NCBI GenBank assembly: GCA_037131125.1
Contig: JBAXRR010000003.1
Coordinates: 3,682 to 67,681, forward strand
Source: a bacterium
GTDB lineage: Bacteria; Patescibacteriota; Dojkabacteria; GCA-016699595; JBAXKR01
Direction: 5' to 3'
Length of the DNA stretch: 64,000 nucleotides
Shown here: in pieces, positions 51,764 through 62,083 of the stretch
How positions within the stretch are numbered: position 1 is the stretch's first letter
Layout of the letters: each line of letters starts with the position of its first letter
Notes under the pieces: generated by a model
Seen by the model: only the letters and a program-made list of their open reading frames with translations
What the model was told of the DNA's origin: nothing
Databases searched by the model: none
Position numbers and translations under genes: made by a program

Positions 51764-53392
51764 TTAGCCGAGGAACTCTAGTAATAGCTTTTTAATCATT
51801 GTTCTTCTATCTTTATGCATACACTCAGGTGATTTTCTATCCCTTTTTCTGTTTATATCATGACCAAATAGTTTGTCTATGTAGTTTCTACCTTTAAAAG
51901 TTTTGAATAAAAATTCATATCTCATTGGAACATCATTTAATACTCTCAATATTTTATGCACTCTTATTAGCTGTTCTTCTGAGATAACTATGCTTGGATA
52001 TTTTGCACCTGTTTTCTCAAAGCTTTTGCATAATCCTTTTGTTCTTTCCGTAATCTTTTTAGCAGAGAGGTGTATTCCTCTTTCGTCCATTATTCTTGTA
52101 TAGATTCCTTTTGCAGTAGATACTGGTACTTTTCCATTTAAATCATCTCTATGTTCTAAGTAATATTCAATTAATTGTTTTCGAAATAACATTGGAATTG
52201 TAAGATCTTTGGAATTGTCCGAAGTATTTGGATATTCTCTGAAAGATGGCTCTACTATAAGTGCAATTCTTTTTGTTAAAACAAAATTATCCCCTATAAC
52301 TCTTCCTACTATTCCATCCTTTGAATTTATGAGTTCTTTTTCACTTTCGAAATTCACAACTTGAAACATTTCTTTGAAATAATCTCTCCCTGTTAGTTCG
52401 ACTATTTTTCTTTTACTCACTCGATCTATTTCGGCAAAGGGGATTCCAAGAGGATACCTATCTTGTAGTTCAACTATTGAATGTAGTGCAATGCTTCTAA
52501 AGTTAGGCTTCCCATTATTCCGAATTACACTTTTTGTCATGAGTAATCTTGCCTTAGGTTCAGAGTCAAAATAGCCGTTTTCTTTAAGTATCTGATATTC
52601 CTTAATATTTTTCTCAGATATAATCAAGAAGCCTTCACTTCCAGGGTTAGTTTCAAATAATTTAGGATTGCCATCTTTAAATACAATATTTGAAGTTAGC
52701 GTTTTTAGAAATGCTGCGGTTAGTTGTCTTGAAAAGGATCTTTTCGGAAGTAAGTCAGTTACTAAGTACTCACCTGGACCATCAAGGTTACTTAATATAT
52801 TAAGAAGCATATAAGGATTAAGTTTTCCAATCTTTTCACCTCTTGCAAAACTTCCACCAACTATCAACTGATTAAGTCTAATTCCATATTGTTCCCATAA
52901 GTAATTATGTGCTTCAGCTATGGCAACTGCTCCTGCTAGTCTGTTTCCTTTTCTATCTGGGATATCTATGACGTTAACTCTTCTTTCTACTACTTTGTAA
53001 CCATTAAACATTCCGGTATGGAAGACAGGTAAGGCAATGAAAGGAAAGACTGAACATATTACCTTTTTAATTTCAAAAGCGAATTTGTATTTAATACCTT
53101 TGTTCTCACTCATCTTTGTTCCACTTTCTTCTTTATTAATCTGATCGAGTGTTAACATTAAAGCTTGAGTAGTGATTGGCAGAGATCCCATTGTGAGATA
53201 AGCTATTAATCTTTCTATATGAGTAGTTCCAGCCGATGGCCATGGGATATGGAAGAAGGAATCATATGTTAATCTTTTTACTTTAATTGGAGGGAAATTG
53301 GGAACCTGCTCTTCAGAATTTTGCAATCCAAAGAATCCAATTCCTTGTTTAAGAGTTCTGCTTTTTGGTGGACATTTACGCTCAGATTCCAA
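51764..53392 (-). CDS. unknown-function protein, paralog A of a pair (542 aa)
   Basis: Shares blocks with ORF 54531..56198 (PWP.AG.THIER, IP.(R/N)KGN.LA.A.AIAEA..LW..YG.RLN, GKL.PYM, GEYLV.D, NGYFD, IVELTG). No P-loop. Confidence 0.6.
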   Translation of the reverse strand: MESERKCPPKSRTLKQGIGFFGLQNSEEQVPNFPPIKVKRLTYDSFFHIPWPSAGTTHIERLIAYLTMGSLPITTQALMLTLDQINKEESGTKMSENKGIKYKFAFEIKKVICSVFPFIALPVFHTGMFNGYKVVERRVNVIDIPDRKGNRLAGAVAIAEAHNYLWEQYGIRLNQLIVGGSFARGEKIGKLNPYMLLNILSNLDGPGEYLVTDLLPKRSFSRQLTAAFLKTLTSNIVFKDGNPKLFETNPGSEGFLIISEKNIKEYQILKENGYFDSEPKARLLMTKSVIRNNGKPNFRSIALHSIVELQDRYPLGIPFAEIDRVSKRKIVELTGRDYFKEMFQVVNFESEKELINSKDGIVGRVIGDNFVLTKRIALIVEPSFREYPNTSDNSKDLTIPMLFRKQLIEYYLEHRDDLNGKVPVSTAKGIYTRIMDERGIHLSAKKITERTKGLCKSFEKTGAKYPSIVISEEQLIRVHKILRVLNDVPMRYEFLFKTFKGRNYIDKLFGHDINRKRDRKSPECMHKDRRTMIKKLLLEFLG

Positions 53393-53905
53393 ATGTATAT
53401 TGATAAATATTATGAGTCACATTGTCTCACCATGAAATCGTTCCTTGCAAAATATTATAAATATGTTCATTATTTACATAATAGCTACTGATAATGCCTA
53501 TACTGCTATTGTTGTTATGAAAATACCAGTAACTGCCTCCTGTAAAGGATTATTTAGTGGTTTGGGTCAAAGAACCTGCGTAATTGACCATATTGGCGTA
53601 ACATGGATATCAGAATATTCTGATATAGGTGTCACATAGTGATTTCAATTCAAGAATTCCCATTAGTAGTTTTTTAATCATTCTTTTTCTATCTTAATCC
53701 AAGGTAATATGTTGGGATATACAATCGCTGTATATCTAATACCAAAGAATCCTGGTCCTTGGCATACGACTATTGGTTTGTAATTTACCTCTGTTTCCAT
53801 AGACCTACATTATCTCATGTTATGGGATATTCTCTCAAGCTACTCTTTACAAATTAACTTTCAATTTGGGGTATAATCCTAGGTAAATAACAATTAAAAG
53901 TATGT

Positions 53906-54550
53906 ATGAAAATCACCTTTGTAAGACACGGAAAAACAGAAGCTCATGAGTTAAATAGGAGGCAAACTTCAGAAGCTTCTCTTGGTGAGGTTGGTAAAGA
54001 CCAAGCGAAGAAAGTTGCTAAGCATTTAAAGAACAAGTTGTCAGATAAGGATTATGCCCATATTGTTTCTAGTCCATATAAAAGAGCTAGAGAAACTGCA
54101 GAATTTATCTCATCCGAAGTAGGTTTAGAAATAATAGAAAATGAATTAATCCATGAAATACTTCCCCATCCTGATCTTGATGGACAAGCATTTGATAGTG
54201 AAATTGCTCAAAGATTTTTAAGAGAAGTAGAAAAGTTTGGGTATGACATTAATTGGAAATTTGAAAATGGTGGTGAATCTATTAGAGATGTAATAAATAG
54301 AGCAAAGAAGTTTAAGCATCACTTGATGAAGAATTATAAAGGAAAAAATTTAATTGTTGTTTCTCATGGTACATTTCTTAGAATATTTATTACATATATT
54401 CTTTTAGGAGATAAATATGAGGCTCAGACATTTAAGAAAGTAATGGAATCTTTTAAGCTTGAGAATACTTCTCTTACTGAGATGGAATACAATGAAGAGA
54501 AGGGTTTATGGTATGTATACTGTATTAATTCTACACCTCATCTAGTTTAG
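53906..54550 (+). CDS. histidine phosphatase superfamily protein (phosphoglycerate-mutase-like)
   Basis: N-terminal ITFVRHGKTEAH (RHG motif). 214 aa. Confidence 0.7.
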   Translation: MKITFVRHGKTEAHELNRRQTSEASLGEVGKDQAKKVAKHLKNKLSDKDYAHIVSSPYKRARETAEFISSEVGLEIIENELIHEILPHPDLDGQAFDSEIAQRFLREVEKFGYDINWKFENGGESIRDVINRAKKFKHHLMKNYKGKNLIVVSHGTFLRIFITYILLGDKYEAQTFKKVMESFKLENTSLTEMEYNEEKGLWYVYCINSTPHLV

Positions 54551-56198
54551 TTGAGTTATATATTCTGAGACTTGCATACATTCTGAAAAGAGTTTTAAGC
54601 ATTTCTTTTCTAACTGCAGGAATATCTTTAATTGGCATTCGGTTACCCTCATGGTCTATATCATTCCCAAAAAGATTGATAATATATTGTCTCCCTATTT
54701 CTGTCCCTATTAATTGTCTATACCTTTTAGGAACATTTTCTAATATTGTAAATATATGTTTAACAATGGCAAGTTGTTTTTCTGATATCCTAATTCTTGG
54801 TTCTTTTTCAGGAAATAGTTTAAATCCAAGAGCTAATCTTCTTGTTCCAGTTGTAATATCCTTTAATGATAATTTTTTACCTCTTTCCTCCATAAGTTTT
54901 GAATATATATATCCAAGCTTAGACAATGGAATTCTCGTGTCAGGCTTTCCTCCTATCTCTTTCCAGTATTTTACAACTCTTTTTCTGAATTCAACTGTGT
55001 GATGAAGTGGCTTCTCCGGATTAGAATAAGATGGATAACTTGCTAATGGAGTATCTTCAATAATTGCAATTGGAGCTGTTAGTACTAATTTCCCATCTAT
55101 TACGTTGCCAACTTCATCAGGATTTCCTTTTCCATTCGAATACTCATATTTAAAGAAGTTGAAATCTAGTGCTTTTCCCGAATATTTTTTGCCAGTTAAT
55201 TCTACTATTCTTTCTCTTGCTACTCTATCAAGTTCACCAACTGGTATCCCATCTGGGTATTCATTTTGTAATTTAGCAATTGAATGTACCATTATGCTTC
55301 TAATATTTAACTTTCCATTCTTCCTAACTTCCCCTTTTAATATTAGTAATATAGTCGTTGGTTTGCCATCAAAGTATCCGTTGTCTTGTAAAATCTTGTA
55401 TTCTGCTAAGTTTCTTGGAGTTATCAGTATATAGCCTTCTTCTGCTGGTAGGTACTCAGCAATTTGAGAGCCATCTTCAAGTTTAGTATAACTAAGATGG
55501 CGAACGATTGAAGCAGCTGTTCCATCATTTGTAAATTTTTCTATTGGAAATATATCTCTAACCAGATACTCTCCAGCTTTTTCTAGCTTACTTAATGTTT
55601 CTGTTATCATATATGGGGATAGTTTCCCAAATGTTGTTTTTCTACCATGCTCACCACCTAATATAAAGTTGTTAAGTCGTACACCATAATGTTTCCAAAG
55701 TGAAAGGTATGCTTCTGCAATTGCAATAGCTTTTGCTAACTCGTTTCCTTTATTTTCTGGAATATCGTAAATTCCAGTTTTTTGTGAATTGAAATAGTCT
55801 TCATGAACTATTCCTGACTTCAAAAATCTTTTATAAATAGGAAGAATATTACTTGCTGTATACATTAGCTCTTTTTTAAGGTTTACTCTTACCCAGTCAG
55901 TTCTCTCTACATGTATTACTTCTTTCTTAAATATTCCTTTTAGCATATTTGCTAAATATTGAATTGTTACAGGTCCCCCTCCCATCCCTATTATTGCCAA
56001 GATTCTTTCAATATGAGTAACTCCAGCTTGTGGCCAAGGGAAGTCACATTTTTCCTGATCAAATGTAATTTTTCTAGTAGTTATTCTTGGTAACTCTAAA
56101 AGCGCAACTATATTAATATGTGGACAACTTTTGTTGTCTACACCAAAGAATAACTTATTCTGCTCTACCGTTATTTCCCCTGAGCTTCCCTCTTCCAT
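54531..56198 (-). CDS. unknown-function protein, paralog B of the pair (555 aa)
   Basis: See paralog A. 3' end overlaps the phosphatase gene convergently by 20 nt. Confidence 0.6.
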   Translation of the reverse strand: MEEGSSGEITVEQNKLFFGVDNKSCPHINIVALLELPRITTRKITFDQEKCDFPWPQAGVTHIERILAIIGMGGGPVTIQYLANMLKGIFKKEVIHVERTDWVRVNLKKELMYTASNILPIYKRFLKSGIVHEDYFNSQKTGIYDIPENKGNELAKAIAIAEAYLSLWKHYGVRLNNFILGGEHGRKTTFGKLSPYMITETLSKLEKAGEYLVRDIFPIEKFTNDGTAASIVRHLSYTKLEDGSQIAEYLPAEEGYILITPRNLAEYKILQDNGYFDGKPTTILLILKGEVRKNGKLNIRSIMVHSIAKLQNEYPDGIPVGELDRVARERIVELTGKKYSGKALDFNFFKYEYSNGKGNPDEVGNVIDGKLVLTAPIAIIEDTPLASYPSYSNPEKPLHHTVEFRKRVVKYWKEIGGKPDTRIPLSKLGYIYSKLMEERGKKLSLKDITTGTRRLALGFKLFPEKEPRIRISEKQLAIVKHIFTILENVPKRYRQLIGTEIGRQYIINLFGNDIDHEGNRMPIKDIPAVRKEMLKTLFRMYASLRIYNSTKLDEV

Positions 56199-56314
56199 TC
56201 ATTTGTAACCTAAAATTAGTATAGGATAGATTATCTCATCCAAATCTAATTATTCAATATATTTATAGGGGAAAAGGTAATAAAATGGACCTGATATAGG
56301 GTATAATCCTACCT

Positions 56315-57517
56315 ATGTACATTCCAGATAAAACAATACTAAAAAGATATGCAGATGTAGTTATTAAGTTTGCTCTTAATGACTGTAAGGGTATTAAAAA
56401 GGGAGACATAGTCTATGTAAGAATGCCTGAATCTGCTAAACCAATACTTCCTCATCTTCAAAGATCTATCCTTGAAGCAGGAGGTAATATGATCTTAGAT
56501 TATCTTCCAGATGGAATTGAAAGAGAGTTCTATGAACTTGCAGATGATGACCAGCTTATCTTCTATCCAAAAAGATATTCTAAAGCATTAATAGATTCAG
56601 TAGATCATGTTGTAAGAGTCCTTTCAGAATATGATCCAAAAGAACTAGATACAATTAATCCACATAAGTTAATGCAAAGACAAAGTAAAGCAGGTGGTGT
56701 ATTTAGAAATCTTATGCAAGATAAAGAAAAGAAAGGAAAACTTACTTGGAATATATTCCTCTACCCTACTGAAGCTATGGCTCATGAAGCTAATATGACA
56801 TTAGAAGAATATTGGAAAGAGATCATACAAGCTTGTTATCTTAATGAGGAAGATCCAATACAAAAGTGGAAAGAGGTAACTGAAATAGTAGAAAAACAAA
56901 AAGCTTTCTTAAGTAACTTAAATATTGAGTATCTTGAAATTAAAGGAGACCAAGTAGATCTGAGAGTAAAGATAGGATCTAATAGATCATGGCAAGGTGG
57001 TGGTGGAAGAAATATCCCATCCTTTGAGATATTTACATCTCCAGATAATTCTGAAGCAGAAGGATATATTAAATTCTCAGAACCCCTCTTTATCTATTCA
57101 AACTTAGTAGAAGATGTTGAACTATGGTTTAAAGATGGAAAAGTAATTAAATCTAAAGCATCTAAAGGAGAATCCCTTCTCAAAAAGATGATATCCACCA
57201 AGGGTGCAAATAGACTTGGTGAAATTAGTCTTACAGATAAGAAACTTAGTAGAATACATAAGTTTATGGCAGAAACTCTTTATGATGAGAACGCAGGTGG
57301 AACTTATGGCAATATGCACTTAGCATTAGGTCAAGCATTCTTTGAATGTCTTAAAGGAGACTTTTCAAAAACATCTAAACAAGAATTTACTAAATTAGGA
57401 TTCAATAATAGTAAAGTACATACAGATATTGTTACTAGACTCAATAGAACTGTTACAGCGATCTTAAAAGATAACAAAACAGTTGTTATCTACAAGGATG
57501 GTGAGTTTCAGATTTAA
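56315..57517 (+). CDS. M29-family aminopeptidase (AmpS/PepS-like)
   Basis: Collinear with thermophilic aminopeptidase T/II (..KLTWNIFLYPTEAMAHEA.., ..GGGRNIPSFEIFTSP..). 400 aa. Confidence 0.6.
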   Translation: MYIPDKTILKRYADVVIKFALNDCKGIKKGDIVYVRMPESAKPILPHLQRSILEAGGNMILDYLPDGIEREFYELADDDQLIFYPKRYSKALIDSVDHVVRVLSEYDPKELDTINPHKLMQRQSKAGGVFRNLMQDKEKKGKLTWNIFLYPTEAMAHEANMTLEEYWKEIIQACYLNEEDPIQKWKEVTEIVEKQKAFLSNLNIEYLEIKGDQVDLRVKIGSNRSWQGGGGRNIPSFEIFTSPDNSEAEGYIKFSEPLFIYSNLVEDVELWFKDGKVIKSKASKGESLLKKMISTKGANRLGEISLTDKKLSRIHKFMAETLYDENAGGTYGNMHLALGQAFFECLKGDFSKTSKQEFTKLGFNNSKVHTDIVTRLNRTVTAILKDNKTVVIYKDGEFQI

Positions 57518-57564
57518 TTCCAACTGTTGCATTTTTTGCAACAGTTCAAATAGACCTTTTTAGA

Positions 57565-57999
57565 TTATAGTATCTTCTCAAAGTAATATGATTTCTTGTC
57601 AAAGCCATTATTTTCATAGAATCTGTGTGCATCTAATCTTTTCATGTTTGAATGAAGTTCAATTGAATAACAATTCTTTTCTTTAGCAATCTGAGTTATA
57701 TATTCTAATAACTTCTTACCTAATCCTTTTCCTCTGAAGTCTTTATCTACAACTAGTTCCTCTATTGACGCTATGTTTCCATCCCATATATCTTCTCTAT
57801 ATGTCATAGCACAAACTCCTATTACTTTTTCATTTAGAATTGCTAAATAGTAGTCTTTTCTTCTAGTATCTAGATCTCTTTTGAATCTTTCTTTAACTAC
57901 ATCCAAGTCAAATTTAAAATTTTCCCATAGTTGACCATAAAGTCTTAATACTTCTTGTAAATCCTCTTCTTTAGCAAGTTTTATATTAATATCTTCCAT
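57565..57999 (-). CDS. GNAT-family N-acetyltransferase
   Basis: VDKDFRGKGLGKKLLEYI acetyl-CoA-binding motif. Confidence 0.8.
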   Translation of the reverse strand: MEDINIKLAKEEDLQEVLRLYGQLWENFKFDLDVVKERFKRDLDTRRKDYYLAILNEKVIGVCAMTYREDIWDGNIASIEELVVDKDFRGKGLGKKLLEYITQIAKEKNCYSIELHSNMKRLDAHRFYENNGFDKKSYYFEKIL

Positions 58000-58103
58000 A
58001 TACCTAGTTATTATCTTAATAAAGAATTATATACCAAATTAAGGAAAGCAGGATATTAATAGATATTTACCTACTTAATTTAGTACAATGTTATTACCCT
58101 TAT

Positions 58104-58193
58104 GGAGAGATGGCCGAGTGGTTTAAGGCGACAGTCTTGAAAACTGTTGTGGCAGCAATGTCACCGGGGGTTCGAATCCCTCTCTCTCCGCCA
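58104..58193 (+). tRNA. tRNA-Ser (anticodon TGA), class II with long variable arm; 3' CCA encoded
   Basis: Manual fold. Acceptor GGAGAGA/TCTCTCC. Anticodon stem ACAGT/ACTGT with loop CT-TGA-AA. T-arm GGGGG-TTCGAAT-CCCTC, then G-CCA. Confidence 0.85.
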
Positions 58194-58240
58194 GATCTTT
58201 ACTTGAATATTCCAAATTTGTAGTTGTGTAATTGTAAATT

Positions 58241-60019
58241 TTACTCAGACTTCAATACTTTTTTGGCATCCTCCAGATTTATTCGTGCCTTCTTTCCATA
58301 TTTATCTAATAATGAGAGTAAATTGTTTCCGTTGATTAGTGTAATTGGTTTTCCTTGTGCAAATTTATATGCATCGGGACCATAATCCGATGTAGTAACG
58401 ATTATTCCTTTCATTGCTCCCTCATCCTGCATTATTCCATACAATGCTCTAACAGATTCTACTTTGACTGTGTTTGTGTATCGCTTTGCTTGAATAATTA
58501 TCTTTCCTCCTCTTAGTGGATCGGGGTCAAAAGCTACTGCATCTACTCCAAGATCACGACTAGATTGGGTGATTTTTACCTCCATTCCAGATTGTGCAAA
58601 TTCTTTTTCAAAGACTTCTCTTACTAAGTGCTCAAAATCCTCCCAATCCATTGCTGCAATATTAAGTTGATCTTCCATTTCACCAATTACTTCTCTTGCT
58701 TCAATAAAACGTTTATCACTTTTGTCTATACTCATTATTGGCGCAATAGGTGCAAGACTTGTCAACTTACTGCTACAAATTCCCTTTAAACCACGTAAGC
58801 AAAGTTTAGGGTCAATTTTAAGAAGATTGAGTTGAAGGAAATCTTGTTTTTTTACAAACACAGATAGTATATATATGATTTTATGATTTCCCGTAGATTT
58901 ATCGAGTATATCTACAAAACCATTAAAGGCAATGGCATCAATCGAATTAGTTTCATCATTACTAAAGACCTCGTTTATTGTTCTTATAGGTATTGAGTAA
59001 AGGACTTTGTCATAGATTTTTTCTTTTTCATTCTCAGAAAGTAATATCTGCTCGCTACTCCCAGTTGTTTTATTGAATTTTTCTCCTCTATATTGGGGAA
59101 TAACATCTTGTGTAGGTAATTCGTAGTCTATCAATAGTAATTTTTCATCTTTTTTATATTGTAAGAATACATTCTCAGGGAAATCTTGTGGATAAACTGA
59201 ATCGATAAGAATCTTAGTGAAATACTTTGTTATCATTTCTGGATCACCTTCTTCAAAAAGTTTTTTCTCTCTTTCAATTCCACTGTTAAATTCTTCCTGT
59301 TCTTTAATAAACTTTTCTTTGCTTTGCTCCCAATCCGAAACTGACTTGTCATAGATAGATTTTTTCTCATTCCACTCACTTATTTGTTTTTCAAAGTTTT
59401 CTTTCCTAAGTTTTTTGTTCTTTTCGCTCCCAAAAAGTATTTCCCATAAATCTTCTTTTGGTTCGCAGTTTTGAATCTCTGGTTTCAACGAAGTAAATTG
59501 TGGTCTAGGTTCATTAAAATTTTCGTGATTTTTGTAATCTTCCCATTTAAATTTAATTGGGTTCTCAACTGAATCAATTAAGATATTATCCAAGGATTTT
59601 ATTTCATTTTCTGCTTTTTCGGAGAAACTGACGGCTTTAGACCCATTAAATTCTTTAATTTTGTAATCTTGCCACTTATGTTTGTAAGATAATGCTTGTT
59701 CATTAAGTCTTTTTTGAATATAGTTAATGTCTGGATTTGTTGGTGTACTGAACGCTTTATTTAAACCCGAATGTGATATATATCCTTTATACCCTCTAAA
59801 TTTTCCTTTTGTTGTGTAAAGAATTTCTATGTTTTGCTTTATTAAATTGAAATCATCAGTTGTTTGTCCAAATTGAATAGGACAAAGAGCTGAACTCATC
59901 TCGAATTTATTTTGGCAAACAGGGCATAAAATTACTTGTGAGATTCTGTCATTATTGTCAAATTTTAATGTTGCCTTACAATTGGGACATTGTCCTTCAG
60001 CTAATATTGTTTTTGTCAT
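58241..60019 (-). CDS. Mrr-like restriction endonuclease domain protein with an N-terminal zinc ribbon
   Basis: C-terminal Mrr_cat-like region (..DLGVDAVAF...GGKIIIQAKRY...GAMKGIIVTTSDYGPDA). N-terminal CPNC...CPVC. Confidence 0.65.
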   Translation of the reverse strand: MTKTILAEGQCPNCKATLKFDNNDRISQVILCPVCQNKFEMSSALCPIQFGQTTDDFNLIKQNIEILYTTKGKFRGYKGYISHSGLNKAFSTPTNPDINYIQKRLNEQALSYKHKWQDYKIKEFNGSKAVSFSEKAENEIKSLDNILIDSVENPIKFKWEDYKNHENFNEPRPQFTSLKPEIQNCEPKEDLWEILFGSEKNKKLRKENFEKQISEWNEKKSIYDKSVSDWEQSKEKFIKEQEEFNSGIEREKKLFEEGDPEMITKYFTKILIDSVYPQDFPENVFLQYKKDEKLLLIDYELPTQDVIPQYRGEKFNKTTGSSEQILLSENEKEKIYDKVLYSIPIRTINEVFSNDETNSIDAIAFNGFVDILDKSTGNHKIIYILSVFVKKQDFLQLNLLKIDPKLCLRGLKGICSSKLTSLAPIAPIMSIDKSDKRFIEAREVIGEMEDQLNIAAMDWEDFEHLVREVFEKEFAQSGMEVKITQSSRDLGVDAVAFDPDPLRGGKIIIQAKRYTNTVKVESVRALYGIMQDEGAMKGIIVTTSDYGPDAYKFAQGKPITLINGNNLLSLLDKYGKKARINLEDAKKVLKSE

Positions 60020-60167
60020 ACTTGATTTTATCCCTGTAAGAATATAGATTCAACTGATTCACTATATTCAGTTCGTCTTATAAATTATGATTTTCAACGG
60101 ACATACTCAGTTGAGGTTATTGTGATTTATTTTTGATAACATTGGGAATAGTTATTATTTTATAAAT

Positions 60168-61151
60168 ATGTATACCTATTCCTCCAAACTACTCCCAGGT
60201 TCTCACATTAGAATAGTCTCCCCTTCTTCTTCTTTAGGAATTATTAGTAAGGAGGCTATAGATATTGCAAGTGAAAGATTAAAGTCTTTAGGATTTGAAC
60301 TTAGTTTTGGTAAACATGTAAAAGAATGTGATGAATACAATTCTTCTAGTATTGAATCTAGAGTAGAAGATTTTATGTCTGCTTTTTTGGATAAGGACGT
60401 AGATTGTGTTATGTCTGTAATAGGAGGACATAATTGTAATCAGATACTTCCATATTTAGATTATGAAGTTATTAAGAATAATCCTAAATGTTTTATTGGG
60501 TTCTCAGATATAACAGCTTTGAATAATGCAATATATTCTATGACTGGATTAGTAACATATTCTGGTCCTGCATATTCTAGTTTTGGAAAGAAGTTAGATT
60601 TTGAATATACAATGGACTATTTCAAGAAGTGTTTAATGGAAGAATCTTCTTATGATATTCTCCCAAGTACTAAATGGTCCGATGATAAATGGTATGTTGA
60701 TCAAAACGTAAGTAATCTTATTAATAATCCGGGATATCTTAAAGTTAACAATGGATCATGTAAGGGTACAATTGTTGGAGGTAACTTATGTACTTTAAAT
60801 TTACTTCAAGGTACAAAATACTTCCCTTCTCTTAAAGATACTATTTTGTTTATAGAAGATGATCATGAAAGTAGTTATCTTAACTTTGATAGAGATCTTG
60901 AATCTCTAACTCAAGTAGAAGGTTTTGAAGGTGTTAAAGGAGTTGTTATAGGAAGATTCCAACAAGCAAGTCATGTAAGTAATGAAGAGATATTAAGAAT
61001 GGTAAAGAATAAAAAAGTATTAAGAGATATACCTATTGTTGCTAATGTAGATTTTGGACATACAGATCCTAAGATTACATTTCCAATTGGAGGGGAAGCT
61101 AGTTTAAGTGTGACTAATGAAGGGGTAAAATTAAGTATATTAAAGCATTAA
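60168..61151 (+). CDS. LD-carboxypeptidase (S66 family)
   Basis: VIGGHNCNQILPYLD ... GFSDITALNNAIY nucleophile region. Confidence 0.75.
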   Translation: MYTYSSKLLPGSHIRIVSPSSSLGIISKEAIDIASERLKSLGFELSFGKHVKECDEYNSSSIESRVEDFMSAFLDKDVDCVMSVIGGHNCNQILPYLDYEVIKNNPKCFIGFSDITALNNAIYSMTGLVTYSGPAYSSFGKKLDFEYTMDYFKKCLMEESSYDILPSTKWSDDKWYVDQNVSNLINNPGYLKVNNGSCKGTIVGGNLCTLNLLQGTKYFPSLKDTILFIEDDHESSYLNFDRDLESLTQVEGFEGVKGVVIGRFQQASHVSNEEILRMVKNKKVLRDIPIVANVDFGHTDPKITFPIGGEASLSVTNEGVKLSILKH

Positions 61152-61170
61152 TTTGTTAATTTAATCTAGT

Positions 61171-62067
61171 ATGTCTGTAATAACTGAAAGTAATTATTCA
61201 TCCGATATGGTTTCTCCTCGCGAACTAGTTCCTGACGTCAACGATAAAGCAGAGTTAGAAGCATTATTGGAAGGAAGGGGTATCTCAGGAAAAAATGAAG
61301 TACAAAGATCTAATATGTATAGGATACCTGTTCAAGTAGATTTCTTGAGAGATTACGTGAAAGGACTTCCTGCGGATGCCCCTCTAAGTGTTTTAAATAT
61401 AGGTCCAGCGAATGCAGAAGAAGCTAGTGTTATCGCATCTGTTGCTAAAAATGGTAATGTTCTGGATAGAACTTCAATCTCATATGTCGATTTAGTTCCT
61501 CTGGATATGGTTGTACCAGTTACTAGTTATGGAAAGAATTTCTTAGGTGAAGCTAGAGTCCCACCTAGAGCTGATATAAATTGTTATGTCATGGAATCTG
61601 GAACGTGGAATTTGATTCCCGAAATACAAACATTTATTAGTGATTCATTGAAAGGACCGGATAATCATTTTAAGACTGCTGTTGAGAGCTACTGTAAGTT
61701 ACCAGATACAAAGAAATATATGGTTGTAACTTTTAACAACGTTGCCCAGTACTTGGGTCGTGGACTTACTCAATATGATAATCCTTTCTATAAAACTGAG
61801 GGAGATTTCTCTAAATTTCAAGCTACACTTCTTTCAGTTGCGGAAAAAACTGATGTTGGTGGGGTCTTGTTAACTCAGATTACCACGAAAGGTTTAGATA
61901 GTAGAAGTTCAGAAAATCGTGGAACAAAGCTTGCAGTAGATAAATACCTACATGAAGGTACAAATTTTGACGATGTTTTTGACACAATTAATCATAAAGA
62001 GGGAATCTATAAAAGAAAAAGCAATATCCCATTAGTAATGAAAAAACCTATTGCACAAATTTCTTAA
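61171..62067 (+). CDS. hypothetical protein
   Basis: 298 aa ORF with no motif recognised. Confidence 0.4.
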   Translation: MSVITESNYSSDMVSPRELVPDVNDKAELEALLEGRGISGKNEVQRSNMYRIPVQVDFLRDYVKGLPADAPLSVLNIGPANAEEASVIASVAKNGNVLDRTSISYVDLVPLDMVVPVTSYGKNFLGEARVPPRADINCYVMESGTWNLIPEIQTFISDSLKGPDNHFKTAVESYCKLPDTKKYMVVTFNNVAQYLGRGLTQYDNPFYKTEGDFSKFQATLLSVAEKTDVGGVLLTQITTKGLDSRSSENRGTKLAVDKYLHEGTNFDDVFDTINHKEGIYKRKSNIPLVMKKPIAQIS

Positions 62068-62083
62068 TTGTTAAGTAACTTTT

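Noticed and set aside
53445-53639. Plus-strand 64-aa ORF in the 513-bp intergenic region
   Set aside because: No motif and no start context. The region more plausibly holds a decayed fragment of a third copy of the unknown paralog on the opposite strand.
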